Shown in pieces: positions 25,307-38,411 of a DNA stretch of 64,000 nucleotides. Positions within the stretch are counted from its first letter, which is position 1, and each line of letters starts with the position of its first letter. The stretch lies in NCBI GenBank assembly GCA_026026165.1, contig JAPEUD010000007.1:62001-126000 (forward strand), given 5' to 3'. Both the position numbers and the translations under genes were made by a program. Source of the stretch: Sarea resinae (Eukaryota). The notes under the pieces were generated by a model. That model saw only the letters and a program-made list of their open reading frames with translations, was not told the DNA's origin and made no database searches.

Positions 25307-26619
25307 CATTCCCAGACGGGCGCAGTCGCGCAGTCTTGGTGGGGATTTGGTGGCTTTAGGGACCTACCGGCGCATGGCGGATCGGTACGTACAGTTTCCA
25401 TGTACGAGGCAATGGATCTTCCATCTTCCTTTGTGCCATGGCCATCCATGGATGGATCCATGCTGATATGATAATACCGAGTACTTCCGTCACCTTCAAG
25501 TATCACCGCAGTCCGCAGTTTGGTAACGTCGACCACACATTAGGTACACACACATACGAGCATTGGAAGCCAATCAAGACGATGACTAAGGTGCTGGGCA
25601 CGGCCCATCCACGGCCCATCGATTCAAGGAGATTATCGTCGGATCTCTCAACGATGACTGCAAGAGGAACTCACTTCTCATTCCATCGATGCGGCGGGGC
25701 AGAGGCCTTGCCCTCCAAGTGGATTACTTTACCTCAGGCGTTTTACGGGGAACATTATCAGCCCTAGCGGCCGATACATATAGCCTGTATTGACTAGATC
25801 GATAAACTTAGATCCGTAGATGCTCCTTGTTTAGGTAATGCAAAAGGAGTAGAAGTCCGTGGAAAATGGATACTGCACAAATCAATAATGCAACAATAAT
25901 GTCTACTCCATATTACATAGTACTGTAGTAGACCACGCATGCCTATCAATTCGATCATCGATGCTGACTCGCACTACTAACACGAAAATGCCTCGTCGGA
26001 AGTCGTCGCCAAATCGGTCCGACTTCCTTCAAGCCTGGAGGTTGTCGAGCATTCGGCTTAGGACCATGCATCCTCCGGTGTCCGGGGTCCCAATGTGCGG
26101 ACGAGTCCCCGCTCTGCGGCCGTGCCTTACTAAGCGGCTGGAGCGATACGTGTTCTCCAGCGTGTACCTTTTGTGTATCCATACCAAGGAACTCACCGTG
26201 GAATTCAGAGAGCTCTCTTGACGAGCGCGGTCGATATTGAAAGTTTCGACTTATTCAAGTTATGTCGACATTGATTGGATCTTAATACAGGTCCAGAATT
26301 TCAATTTCCTTCTCAGGTTTCGGCCAAAGGCGAAAGCGGTGCAAACCCTTCTTCACGGTTCCTTCGTCTATGACACCTTGAGGAAATCAAAGAAGCCCGT
26401 CCAGTACCATAACGCCGGCGAATATGAGTGGGGTGAAATATCTCTAGGCGTAAAGGAATATATGGCCGTTAAATTGGTCAGAACACAGGCGTGTTTCTCG
26501 TGTAAATCGCTGCAGTGTATCTATGCTGTAGATGTCGTCTCAATCTTAAGACGCGATTGGCCTTGATCTTATCTCGTCCAGTGATACAGTCCATACGTGC
26601 AACAACGCATCGGTCTAAA

Positions 26620-27994
26620 TCAGCGTCTGCTGGCGGTGTCCAGGGCTGCAGTCTTGTTGACAAATGCCTCCAATACACGCTCAAATCTTTTCCGTTCCTC
26701 CACACACAGTACATGTCCCCTCCCTTCAAATATAACCACGGTGGTCCCCATTGCCTCGCCACCAAGTTCATTCACAAGTACCTGTCCATGGGGGGGCGTA
26801 ATCATACGGTCGATACTACCATACACAACCTGAATCCTGTCTCTTCCAACCCTGTCACCCAATTCCTTGATCTGAGCGGCACTCTTGTGGTGCCAGCCTG
26901 CGGCAATGGCCTGGAGAATAAAACCTTTACGTGTGAAGCCTTCGGTGTCTCTCCGCTTACGTAGCTCGAGGGCTGCGAAGCGGTCTCCTTTTGTAGGGAA
27001 GGCTTCGACGATGTATTCGTCATCTGCGGCATTGAGCCAGGCCTGGGAGAAGAGTTGTGCTTTGATGCTTTGCAATTGGATGTCAATGGGCCGTGGAATG
27101 CTATGGCACGCTGTTAGTGTTGTTTAGTCATTCACGATATGCCTATAGCGTACAACATGTTGATTCGAGAGCGAAGATTTTCGAAAAAGCCCTAGAAGTC
27201 GCTTAGTGTAATCGAAAATCGAATAGCAGAGAGGATGAAGCCTACTACGGTGTTAACCAATCGCGCTGCTGTGGAGGCCAGTGATAGCGAGGCAATTCTC
27301 TCCGGTATCAACAGCCCCTGCTCACGGTAAGCTTGAACATGCGTAGCGATTCAGCGAGGGCCATTAACCAATTCCTGCGCAATCATGCCCCCCATACTAA
27401 CACCAAGGACATGTAGCTGCCTCTGCTCCGTCCAACCAAGGTGGTCCAATAGCTCTTGTGTATCTCTGGCCATCTCAGAGGTAGAATATCGCGTTGATGG
27501 CTTATCCGATTCGCCGATACCCCTATTGTCAAAGACGAGACATGAATATTTAGAGCTCTGGTCATGACCCAGGTCCTTAGTCATTTGTTGCCATGCCCAT
27601 TTCATAGCCCCCAGGCCCATTACGAACTACCAAAAAGCGGGATATTAGGATCCTCGAAATCTCTCAATAGTTGGACTATGCGAAGCGGAGTTGAAGGTGT
27701 CCAGCCATAGGCCGTACTTACAACCAAGTGGAGGGGGCCTTCTCCATGAACCTCGTATGCGATATGAAACGGTCCTCCGGATCGGTCCCCGCCTACATAC
27801 GCTTTGCCCTTTTTTGTCGGCTTCAAATCGAGGAGAACATGTGAGAACTCTGGATGACTGATGATCTCGGCGGCTCTGAGCGGAGACCTGGCAAGTGCTT
27901 TGCATCAGCGGAAGATTGCATGATGTTGTATGGGTATCGAGAAGTGAGTCGCAAGGCACCCACGGATAGAGAGGGATGGAAACAGTGCGTACAT
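26620..27994 (-). CDS. Alpha/beta-fold hydrolase, multi-exon, start codon split by first intron
   Basis: IAYEVHGEGP, VFDNRGIGESDKP, nucleophile elbow HVLGVSMGGMIAQE, YGSIDRMI acid and GRGH histidine; introns with GTAAGT, GTTAAT, GTAGGC and GTACGC donors. Confidence 0.9.
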
Positions 27995-30292
27995 GTCTCT
28001 TACTGTTACCGTCCGAGGCTTGATAGCTGGAGGACTAATCAGGCCGATCCTTTCGACACAGGAGAGAGGGAAGTACAGAGTAGTTCAAGGTAGGTTGTTG
28101 TCACCTCATTCGGTTGTACCTTACCTAGCTGGAGCTTACCTAGGCAGGCGGGGGAAGCCGCAAAGCGATCTACTTCCCTTATCGATAAGTAGCCTGTCAG
28201 ATGGATACCTAAGGTACCTAGGTACCTTACTTCGTAGTACTCCGAGTAGTATTGGGCGATGACAAAAGGCTTAATACCCCCCACAGCCTTAGCGAGGCGA
28301 GGCGAGATTCAGAACTTTTGTCAACCCTCAGAATGTACGAAGTACGGGCTAGGACCTTAGCCCTGAGGCCCAGTAGTCCGGGTACCTAAGGGCAGATCCT
28401 CCCGGAGTAAATAAATGCCTGATCCTTAGGTCTTGATCGGAGACACTGATATACCTTACCTTACACCTCATATCCATGTAAGGCATTCCCATATCACCGT
28501 CCGCCATTCCGCGCGTACTCAAGATGTAGAGCCAGGGTAACCATCCTCCGAAGCAGACAGACACGTCACGAAGATCGACAATGATGTCCGGCTCTCCGCT
28601 TAGTCACCCAAGCTCAAGGTCATTGAGCAAAAATGTATCTAGGTAGAGTACTCTACGCCGGAGAACATCCGGAGAGCTCGATATGCTCCCTACCCCCACC
28701 CTTCTGTAGGGACCCATGTTTCTTTTATGGCGCGCTCATGGTCTCTCGAGCTCTTGCGAAAGTGTTCATTGGGTCTGAAACGACCGTACTTGATATAGTG
28801 ATGATACTCGACCTTCCTGCCTAAGCCGATGTTTTTCTCCGTTGTAGTTTCTGATACAAATTAAAAAATTCGAGTCTAAATTATTAGTAGTGTTATTTGG
28901 TTTCAGCCTTTGATCTCCTCTGCTGTCGAGACTATTTTCACTTGAAATCCTAATATTTACCTCTTTCTCTCCATATACTGATCATGTCTAATATGGGAGC
29001 TCAATATGGTAATAAGCTCGAAATGATATTTTCCCCTTACGACGCCCTCTAATTAGATATAATCGTATGTCAGTTCAGAGGACTATGCAAAGGATGTAGG
29101 ATGGAAACATAAGATAGCAGCCAAGCACAACCCGCCCCCCCACAATTGCTTCCGATGCAAATAGAAACGTGGGCGGGACCGGACAGACATTTGCATGATC
29201 TATCGTTGAAGATATAAGCTTAGAGAGTGGGAACGATTTCGAACGGATGTTCCCTCAGATGATCGAGGTCCTCAATTCTTATAGACTCATGCTGATGGCC
29301 GCGTTCTTCCAGAGAACCTCGAATTTAGCCCTCCCATCCTACAATGCGATTCCCTTGGCTTTTTGAGGGCGAAAATATCGGCAGTATTTGAGACAATTAA
29401 CAGATTCTACAGCATCGAGATCAACACCTGTAGGATAAACGTAGACATATCGCATGCGGACAGACCCCGGGATATTCGGGGAAATGGAAGTTATAGCAAA
29501 GTCAATTACTTTTCTTGAGGCGGCGTTCGAAGCACTACTCCCACCGGCTCGCAGCCAAAACATAGATGCGAAATCCAAATCCAAGGCTCTAGATAAGCCT
29601 CCTGCATGAGCCTAGGAACCCGATTCCACACCGTCTTCGATCTTGTTCGATCGATGAACGAAGCCGGCGACCGGTGTCATGGGTGCAAATTATTGAACCT
29701 CGAGCCGGGAAACTTGGCACCATGGAGTGCAGACGGGGCCTAGACTGAGATCAGAAAATTCTATGCCTTTATTAGGCCAAGTTTGCCTTGACGTTGATAC
29801 GAGCTGCCGAAGTAGATAGAACGTTAGGGAATTTGGTGGCATTCAGCACTGATGTCGAAGGTCCAAGCAAATCCGTCGAACGAGATATTATGCAAGGAGT
29901 GGGCGTTCGAGGCCTACTGTAACGAAGTTTCAAAGACCGTGCAGAGGCACTCCAATTCTATTAGTACAGCACATTACAACGGTTGATCTTTGCCGATATG
30001 AAGATCTTGACCGCAAAGGAAGAGAATAAAAGAGATGGTGCTCTCATGGCAATGAGGCTCTGTCCGTGACTTGGAATCTGATTTTGACCGTACTGTACAG
30101 CGACTTGAATGATCGAGGGCCGGGATCAGAGCGCAATGTGTCTCAGAACTCCTTTCAACGAATCGAGCACTGAGTGGCGATGTACCACAGAGTTCTCGTT
30201 AACGCCACGCTATGCAAAAACCCTCAGAACTCCTCGCAATCTGCGAGCGCATATCATACAACAAAACAATAGGGTTCACCCTTGCGAAGCCC

Positions 30293-30759
30293 TTAATTCT
30301 TCTCTAGGAACTCTTTCGCCTCGTTGACTTTCGTTGCCAGGTACGGACTTCCTCCTCGATCTGGGTGGTTGAGGAGCATCAGCTGTCGATGGTTTTTCCG
30401 AATCTTATCCTTGGTGAGGTTACGTTCACTGCAGCCGGGCCTTTTGTTAGCAATTGCCCTGCCTCGGCCCAGTCCATTTGGGATAATATAAGTACTCACT
30501 TCAACTGTAGAATGAGAGCAGCCTCTCTTTTGTTCATGCGCGGCTCAAAGCCTCCCTTGTAGAACGCCTTGCCCAGAGCTCCTGCGGCACCAGCACCTGC
30601 TTTGTATCTTCGCATTGCTACCAATCCTGCCCGACCCTGTTAAGGATGTGTCAGCATAAATTGTGCCTTGCCACCAGCTTCGCGGCATGTTCGATAGATT
30701 CCACGTACCAGAAAAGCGGCTGCGGCAATGCCAACACCGGCTGCAACAACTGCTGCCAT
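30293..30759 (-). CDS. PAM18: Mitochondrial import motor J-protein Pam18/Tim14, 3 exons
   Basis: [81 protein letters not shown] (HPD motif). Confidence 0.95.
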
Positions 30760-31105
30760 CGTAGCGCGAGTATAGAACAGGCGAACACGACTGTAAGGAA
30801 TTTTATATAGAGGTATGTGGTTGACGTTGAGACGGTCGTTGTCGCAAAGCAAAACGGGTAAGACTTGGGGAAATTTGCGCTTGTCCGGCTTCGATGATTT
30901 TCTCGGCAGTGATGGAATAATAAATGAAGGTCGAGGCTGATTGATCGTCGCCTCTCTCACACAAATCGATCCCTTGTACCTTCGTACCTTCACCACAACC
31001 AAACTCGGAAATTTCTCAAAAGTTCGAGATAACGATAACTTACATTTCACCTTGACCCTCAAGCCATCGCCCGTCAGCCCACGCAACAAGGGCTCGTTCG
31101 CAACC

Positions 31106-31888
31106 ATGAGGTATGCACTTGATTTGAAATGCCGTTTCATGGGATATACTGATCGACTCTAGGATTGAGACCTGCTACTTCTGCTCGCAGCCATGCTATC
31201 CTTCGAAAGGTTTGTGCGCCGGAACACTCAAATTTGCAACTTCATACTAACGTACGGTGAAGGCATCACTTTTGTGCGGAACGATGCCCGCGTCTTCAGA
31301 TTCTGCCGAAGCAAATGCCATAAGAATGTAAGGCCCTGGGCTGTCCCGAGCTTGATGTCTGCAGTCGCTAACAAATCGCAAACAGTTCAAGATGAAGCGA
31401 AACCCGCGCAAGGTTCGAATGCCGCCATATCATCCGCTTGCTTCTGTGAGCCCAGAACTAATTTCTCCCCTATTCAGCTCAAATGGACCAAAGCTTTCCG
31501 CAAGTCTGCCGGCAAGGAGATGGTTGTGGACAGCACCCTCACCTTCGCCGCCCGCCGCAACATTCCTACCCGCTACAACCGCGACCTCGTCGCCACTACT
31601 CTCAAAGCTATGCAGCGCGTGTCAGAGATCCGTGCTCGCCGCGAGCGGGTCTTCTACAAGAACCGCATGGCCGGGAACAAGGAGCGGGAGAGAGCGGCAA
31701 ACCGGAAGCTGGTTGCGGAGAACGAGCATCTTTTGCCCAAGGTCAGAGCGTCAGAGAAGACGGACGAGGAGGAATTGCTCGATGCCCAAGTTACGAGGGA
31801 GACCAACCGGATACCCCCCAAAGCCGCGAAGGCAAAGAGGAGACTGGTCGTTGGCAACGGCGTCGAGGACGAGATGGATATGGATTAA
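31106..31888 (+). CDS. RLP24: Ribosome biogenesis protein Rlp24, 5 exons
   Basis: [85 protein letters not shown]. Confidence 0.96.
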
Positions 31889-32235
31889 GCTCGCCTACCA
31901 CGTCTGTCTGGGTCTGGTCGTTTTTTCTGTGCGATGGGTACTTTTCAAGCGGCGTTCTACAGGGAAAAGTTCTGTGCTAGCATCACGAGGATACGAGCGC
32001 AGACGAATAGATGGCAAGGCCGTGAGAGATCTAGGTTGTGCCCCCGAGGTCCTCTTTATCGTCCTTCTCTCATAGTAAATTGCATCTCCGAATCAAAATA
32101 TGACGTATCCTAAATCAAAACATGGCAGTGAACATTGACCACCTTCTTTTTGAAAAAAGGCTTGCTTTCTAAAATGGGAGGAAAACACAGGATGGTATCA
32201 AAGATATAACCGCACAGCGAACCAGGTAGGCTAGT

Positions 32236-33046
32236 CTACGGACTCAAATGCGCGGGCGCAGGCGGAGTCAAGCCAGCCTCAACATCCAACACGGCCTTTT
32301 CATTAAGTCTGCCCGCGGCCGCCTCCCTCGCGCTCCTCTCAGGCTCCTCCTTCTCCTCGCCATGCGCAGCCGCCCATTCGTAATTGCCCGCGCCGCCGCG
32401 CCCGCGGTATCCCCTGCCGGCCTCAACGCCGCTCTCGGCCACGGGATTCGTGCCCTCGGCCGCCTCCGTGAACGTGCCCTTCTCCGCTAGCTCCTTCTCC
32501 GAGACCCAGTTGCCCGCGCCGCCGCGGCCCGTGTGGGCGTATTCGGCGCTCGATCGGCGCGGTGCTGCTTCTGCCTCTGCTGCCTCGTCGTTGGCGGCGG
32601 CGGCGGCGGCGTCGTCCGCGTGGCTGTGGTGGTGGGCGGAGCTCTTTTGTGCCTCGAGATCCTTTTCGAGAGGGGGCGGGATGCAATGTCAGTGAGTGCG
32701 ATTGACAGGTCGAATGCGCGTTGTTGGTGCAATATGAGTAAGGTAGGTAGGTGGGTAGTTGAATGGGACAGGTAGGTGATGCAGGTGGGTAAGTTCGAAA
32801 GTAGGGGGCGTTTGTGTTCTTCTGATTTACCTCTGCGGCGCGCTTCTCGGCGTCTTCAAGCTCTTTCTTGCTGTAGAAATTCCCGGCACCTGCCCAACAC
32901 ATAGCAGAACACAGGTTACTACATATTTCACATACATCCTATGGCCTGACGGAAAGCACGGGGCAAGCAAGCAAGCAAGATGGGAGCAGGATGGAGCATT
33001 TACCTCCACGCCCGACTCTGCGGAACTGCAGTCCTCCTGTAGACAT
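32236..33046 (-). CDS. GRGGAGN-repeat protein (DUF3602-like), 3 exons
   Basis: Spliced product contains VGRGGAGNF, TGRGGAGNW and RGRGGAGNY; both introns have GTAAAT donors. Confidence 0.82.
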
Positions 33047-36000
33047 GGTGGATGAGAGTCGATTGGTCTCGTGCGAAGCCTTGTGCAGTGGGGCTTTTGG
33101 CCGCGCGGATCATGAAAATCACAGCGATATCTGTTGGGAGGGGGCTCTCAGAAAGACAATTGCTGGATGAGAATGGAGATGATGATGGGATGCGGGTTTA
33201 GATTACTAACGGATTGGCAAGGTACTAGGTATGCTGAGTGTAAATGTGATTTTTGGTATTCATGAGTGAAGACAATTCTCCCGCCGCCAACCTTTCGGTC
33301 CTTGCCATAGCGCAAATGATGTCAGATTGTTTGAATCTCGTCCACCGCGACCACCGCCAGGTTCACTCGTTGTTTCGAGTCGCACGATCATTTCTGAATA
33401 CGTCGAGCTGGAGAATATATACAGTGCTGTTCGTTTTGCAATCGTATTGCTTGATCGCGAGGGTCTTATGAGAATATTTCCATAGCTTCTTATCATCTAC
33501 ATGCTCTTTTGCTGTCTATAGCAACTCAGGCAGGCTGCATCACGTGCTTCGGACGATGTTGGGAGTTTCGAGCGGCCACCTCGCCTACCTCAGTATCTTG
33601 AGAAGAGAGCTGGAGGAGGCCAGCGGATGATTACGGGATTCATGCTGCTTCCTCGCGAGATTGCTTGGTCAGCTATCTGGCAATTCTCTCCGAACCTTTC
33701 CCGCGGAGAGGAAGATGGCTCTACTCAGAGTATGTGAGCGGACCGGTCAAGGAAACAATTCAACATAATGGAAAAAGTGAAAGAGCAGATGCAATATATC
33801 AGGTGATGATGGGGGCGGCAATCAAGTACTTCGGACGAAGCTCTGAACGAAGTACGGAGATACCTGCTTGGGGTCTCTGGTCTCTGCGCGGATGACCGAC
33901 GGGATCTTCCACAGCCAAAGAGGGGCCCTCGGCGGAGAAACGTGGCTTGACCATGGCGTGGTGAGGGGGCTCTGTTGGTACATGGATAAGGTACCTGAAG
34001 GTGTCCTCCTAATGGAAGTGCAAGTGACTTGCAGCTCGCACGCATGCATGCGAATTGCCCCTAACCAGAAAGAGTGGTACAACATGGACAAGTCCCTTGG
34101 CCTCCCGGTCCATATCGCTACGTTTATTAGTGTGCGATTGCAGTTACGAACTCTCCTTACCTGCTTCTTTTATGCTTTCGTACTGTTGGGCCAGCCCGTA
34201 CCCTGATGCGAATTCTCTGGTGAGCCGAGCCCTGAGGGTTCTCTTTTCCGGTCCCATGGATGACGATGTCGATGACAGAAGGAGATACGTGGGCCATCAG
34301 CCCAGCCACGACTTACGCGTACAGAATTTGAAGGTATCGGTACAGGTATCTCTAGCTGTCAAGCTGTCAGAGTGGAAGTCCGAAGGCATAAGATTGTTGC
34401 GAGAGAAAAATAATAAGGTAGAAGAAGGTCTGGAGTGACGCACGATTGATCCCTTTCACGGCATTCAGGTACCTGCCGCATTCATCCTCGCCATCCCGCC
34501 GATCGTCGCCGTCTCTTACCTGACACGGCAATGGGCTACCAAACCGAGGAGGGAAAGGTGGCCGCTAAGTTGCCAGAACGGCGATTCCGCAATCTTTCTT
34601 CGAGTGGCAATGGCGTCGATCATCGCAAGGCCTGGCCGCTCTGTCTCCGCATACAAAGGCGGACGCTACAAGGAATGGCGTCGGCATGATTGCAGGAGAG
34701 GCCGAGGGGGGAACACTAACGTAGGAACCTTACTCCGTAATGCTCCATCCGTAACGCTGTCTGCCAGGTACACCATCGATGCCAAGGGGTATCGATGCAC
34801 TCTAGAAGAACCGATTTGCCGCAGCCATTACAATTCCCTCTGGCTGAGAGATGGCCATGCAATCAATCGGAAGAGAATAGAGAAGAAAGCAGATAGGCAG
34901 CGGTCGGATCATGGATGGGAAAGTTGCGCGATCTCGAAATGTCGCCATATTCAAATTACTTTGATTGACGGCCAGGCGGTCTATGCCACCTGTCGGATCG
35001 GATTCAGTTCATTCGCCTTCCTTCTGGAACTGCCATCAGTATTGAAGGGCGGCCAAAGCGGTTGCGAGTAATATGTTGGTTGATGGGGTGGGCGAAGCGA
35101 GAACGGAAGCCACAAACTTCGAAGGGACAGAGATTACAAAGTACCCTCGAGACGCCGCTCACTGTGGCGAGCACGCAATAATATCAAGGAGCAGAACGGA
35201 TGAGAAATCCAATGATACTATTACTATGTAGGTAGCAGCTATCAATGAGGATACGTATCAGGTAGAGTAATCTGGTGAGGTCAGGTCAGCTCGAAGACAG
35301 GCGCTCCTAGTAAGATAAGGTAGGGAGGTAGGTAGGTAGGTAGGTAACCCTTCTAATTCCCTACCGTACGGATACCGACTCTTCCTCTCCTAAATCTCAG
35401 AGCAATGGCACGATGGATCCATGCCTCGTCGGCCGACTGAGCAGTAGCTACGAACGCTTTCCAAGGATAGTCATCGTCCAAGGCGAAACCCCCAATCTGC
35501 CATGTTTGAGGACACGAAAACAGCCACCGACAGGTACAGATACATGTCCTTTACCTTGCCCAGCAGAATGGAGATCGGAATTATTGATTGAGAGATGGAC
35601 TGAGGACTAATCCCTATTGCAGAGTAGCGGGGGCAAGGTCACCAGTCACGCCCTCATTATCGACTAGTACGCAGCTACTCGGCTACAAGTCCCGCAGCCC
35701 TCCCACTGCTCTCCACTCCACTCCCACTCTACGCTCCAGCCTATCCTCCGCTATTCTCCATTCGCTTTGAGAGGAGCAGGCTGCAGATGACTTTCTACGA
35801 GCGGCTTTACCCCGTGCACTACTAAGGTTCTAGTACCCTCACACGTACATGGTAGCGGTTAGCAGTAATACCTCGGCGATTACGGAGGGGGTACAAGTGT
35901 CCAGGCCACCAGATGCCCGCACAGCCCGGTACCATCCCTCTCAACCAAACCCCTCCCCTCCTCGATGCTCCTCATACGGACTGGGAAGCTGCCATTCACT

Positions 36001-36778
36001 GAAGAATAATGTCAGTGCTCGGATCGTTGTTGCCTCGACTGGCGCGCGCGAGGGCAACTTTTTAGTTCAGGTCCCGCCTCGCGCTCACAGCTTTCTATGC
36101 TATTCGTAGCTTCGTACTCTACCTATTCGTACTCTGCCTATTCGTACATACCGGTAAACCAGCTCACGCTACCTACTTTCCCCGTTGTTCTACCTTACCC
36201 TTCTATTCAACTTTATCTTCCCTTACTCCAACTTTTTTTTTGGTTGGTCGTGTCCAGGTCAGAGAGTCCAATCCCATACATCCAGTATTTCTCTTCCTGG
36301 CCTGCCTGATCCTCTTCCGTTCACGCACCCTTCTGATATCCCTCGTATCGAAAGAGAGCACCTGCACCCACTCGCTGGAGCCTTGTCTGCGACACCTTGA
36401 TACCTACCTGGATCATTCTCTCGACTAAATCACCCGACAACACTCGAGTTCTCCGCAGGCCATCCCACGGGTCCCCCTCGTCCCTGCTGCGCCTCACCCA
36501 TTGGATCGATAATCGTTTCGCAGCTGTCAGCCCTTTTTTTTCTTTGAACGGACATCCGTAACGATTTCCATCCACGATCATTCGAACAACTCGGACGTCT
36601 AGAGTCATTTGTTCTCTTCCGTGTTAGGAATTACCGTCTCATACGAATATTCATTGATCGAGTCTCAGCGTGTTTCGGCGCGTTGCAAGCCCTCTAATCA
36701 TACAGTTCAGTATACCAAGGCTCTCAAAATCGTAGGCGCGCCGTGCTTTGACTTTTGAGAGCCTGCTTAACCAACAAC

Positions 36779-38411
36779 ATGGCATCTTCAAAGGTATGGG
36801 CATAGGACACATGGCCTTGTCTCCAAGGCAATACTACTCCTACATCTGCTGACCATTCCGACAGGACCCCCAACCTTCGCGGCCCATCAGCCAGCACCGA
36901 TCGTCAATATCGTCTGGAAGCCACAGTAGCTTACCCGTGCGAACACCACATGGGCGCCACCACTCTCATTCTATATCAGCGGGGTCTTTAAACCCAACAC
37001 ACCGCGTAACGCGAAGGAAGAGCATGTCATCCACAGCTGCCAACAATGTGGCAGCAATGGCAGCAGCTCTACAGGACGGCGGAGAGTCATCACCGGGGGT
37101 GCATTCGACGCGGCGTAGCTTAAGTTCGAAAGCGAGCTCGAGCTGGAAGACTTCAAGCTACACCCCAAGAAGTGGGAAGGGCGAGATCAACGGTTATCCG
37201 TCACCACCTAGCAGCCTTCCAAATAACCCGGACGAGATATCAGGCTCGAACAACGAAGCCTATTTTTCCAAAAACAATACCGCCTTGGTCGACGGGCCCC
37301 CAATTGCATCCAATGCTGCGGGCCAGTCCGCCCTTAGCAAGGCGCGAGCTAGACGAGCAAGTGAGGGGCAGCATCTCGTCAAAGGCGAGAGGAGGCCCAA
37401 CGGGAGTGAACTGAGATGCGAGAAGTGTGGCAAGAACTACAAGCATAGCAGTTGCCTAACCAAGCATCTGTGAGTACTTTCTGCGCCTCGCATTTCCCTT
37501 CCCTTCTCGCAGCTTCGAACAACCTACTTTCCAGCTCAGCAAAATCATTACCATCTGGAACTTTAAACTTCAACATTAGCTAACGTACGCTTTACAGATG
37601 GGAGCACACTCCAGAATGGTCTTACACGTCAAAGCTGCTAATCTCCAAGCATCAGCAAGTCCAATTGCTCGAGGCGGCTTCTGTTCTTGTGGCTATGAAT
37701 CAAGACGGTACCCCATCGACCGAAGCTGCAGCTAATGCCGACAGCGACCATTCGAGCGCCTCGCCTGCTGCATCTGGATTCTCTGGACCACATGACGGTT
37801 TGAGCTCCGCGGATACGACGCCGCCACCCCAAGCCGAGGAACAGGGCTCAATCCCTACAAAAGCTTCTCGACCGGGTCGTCCAAAGCGATACAGCAGCAC
37901 CATGAGCGGATATGGAAGATTCTATCAATCTGCTCCATCAGATTCTTTTCAATCCGGGAGTGCTCCGGCCGATGCGCATGAATTTTCTCATCATCGCCAT
38001 TCAAGTGCCGAGCAAGGCACCCCTGGAGCCGATCCCGTGGCGTACGGTAAAGGCATAAGCGAAGAAGACGAGGCCGGTCTAGCTGCGGCTTTAGAACTTC
38101 TCAGTTCCAGCTTCGGCACCCCACGGAGCGGGCCCGTCTTACTTCCCCCAGATGTCCCTCCCGTTCCTCCGCTTCCGGCTCGATTCTTGGGTCAGGACGG
38201 TCAAAGTATGTCTGGCAGCACGGCGACTCCGTCAAACCATCTCCCGTTCCAGAAAGCTTCGAACTCTATACTCAAGACCTCTGAAAATGACATTGAGATG
38301 AGGGAGAGTGAAGATAGTGTGGCCGACGACGAAGATTTCGATCAGCGCTCGTCTTCGAGGGACCGTAGCGAGGATGATGACGATGGAGTATTTGGTCAAA
38401 TGGAGGAGTAA
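36779..38411 (+). CDS. C2H2 zinc-finger protein, putative transcription factor, 3 exons
   Basis: MASSK| (intron 36794-36864) ... LRCEKCGKNYKHSSCLTKHL|WEHTPEWSYTSKLLISKHQQVQLLEAASVLVAM. Confidence 0.88.

Noticed and set aside
28300..30250. 2-kb gene-free interval with small ORFs
   Set aside because: No coherent exon chain, RNA gene motif or terminal repeats found.
30640..31140. 166-aa ORF spanning the PAM18/RLP24 promoter
   Set aside because: Its ATG lies antisense within RLP24 intron 1; only the last part is the true PAM18 exon 1.
33250..35100. Overlapping short plus-strand ORFs with some splice-like sites
   Set aside because: No consistent frame or recognisable family; might be a relic but cannot be supported.
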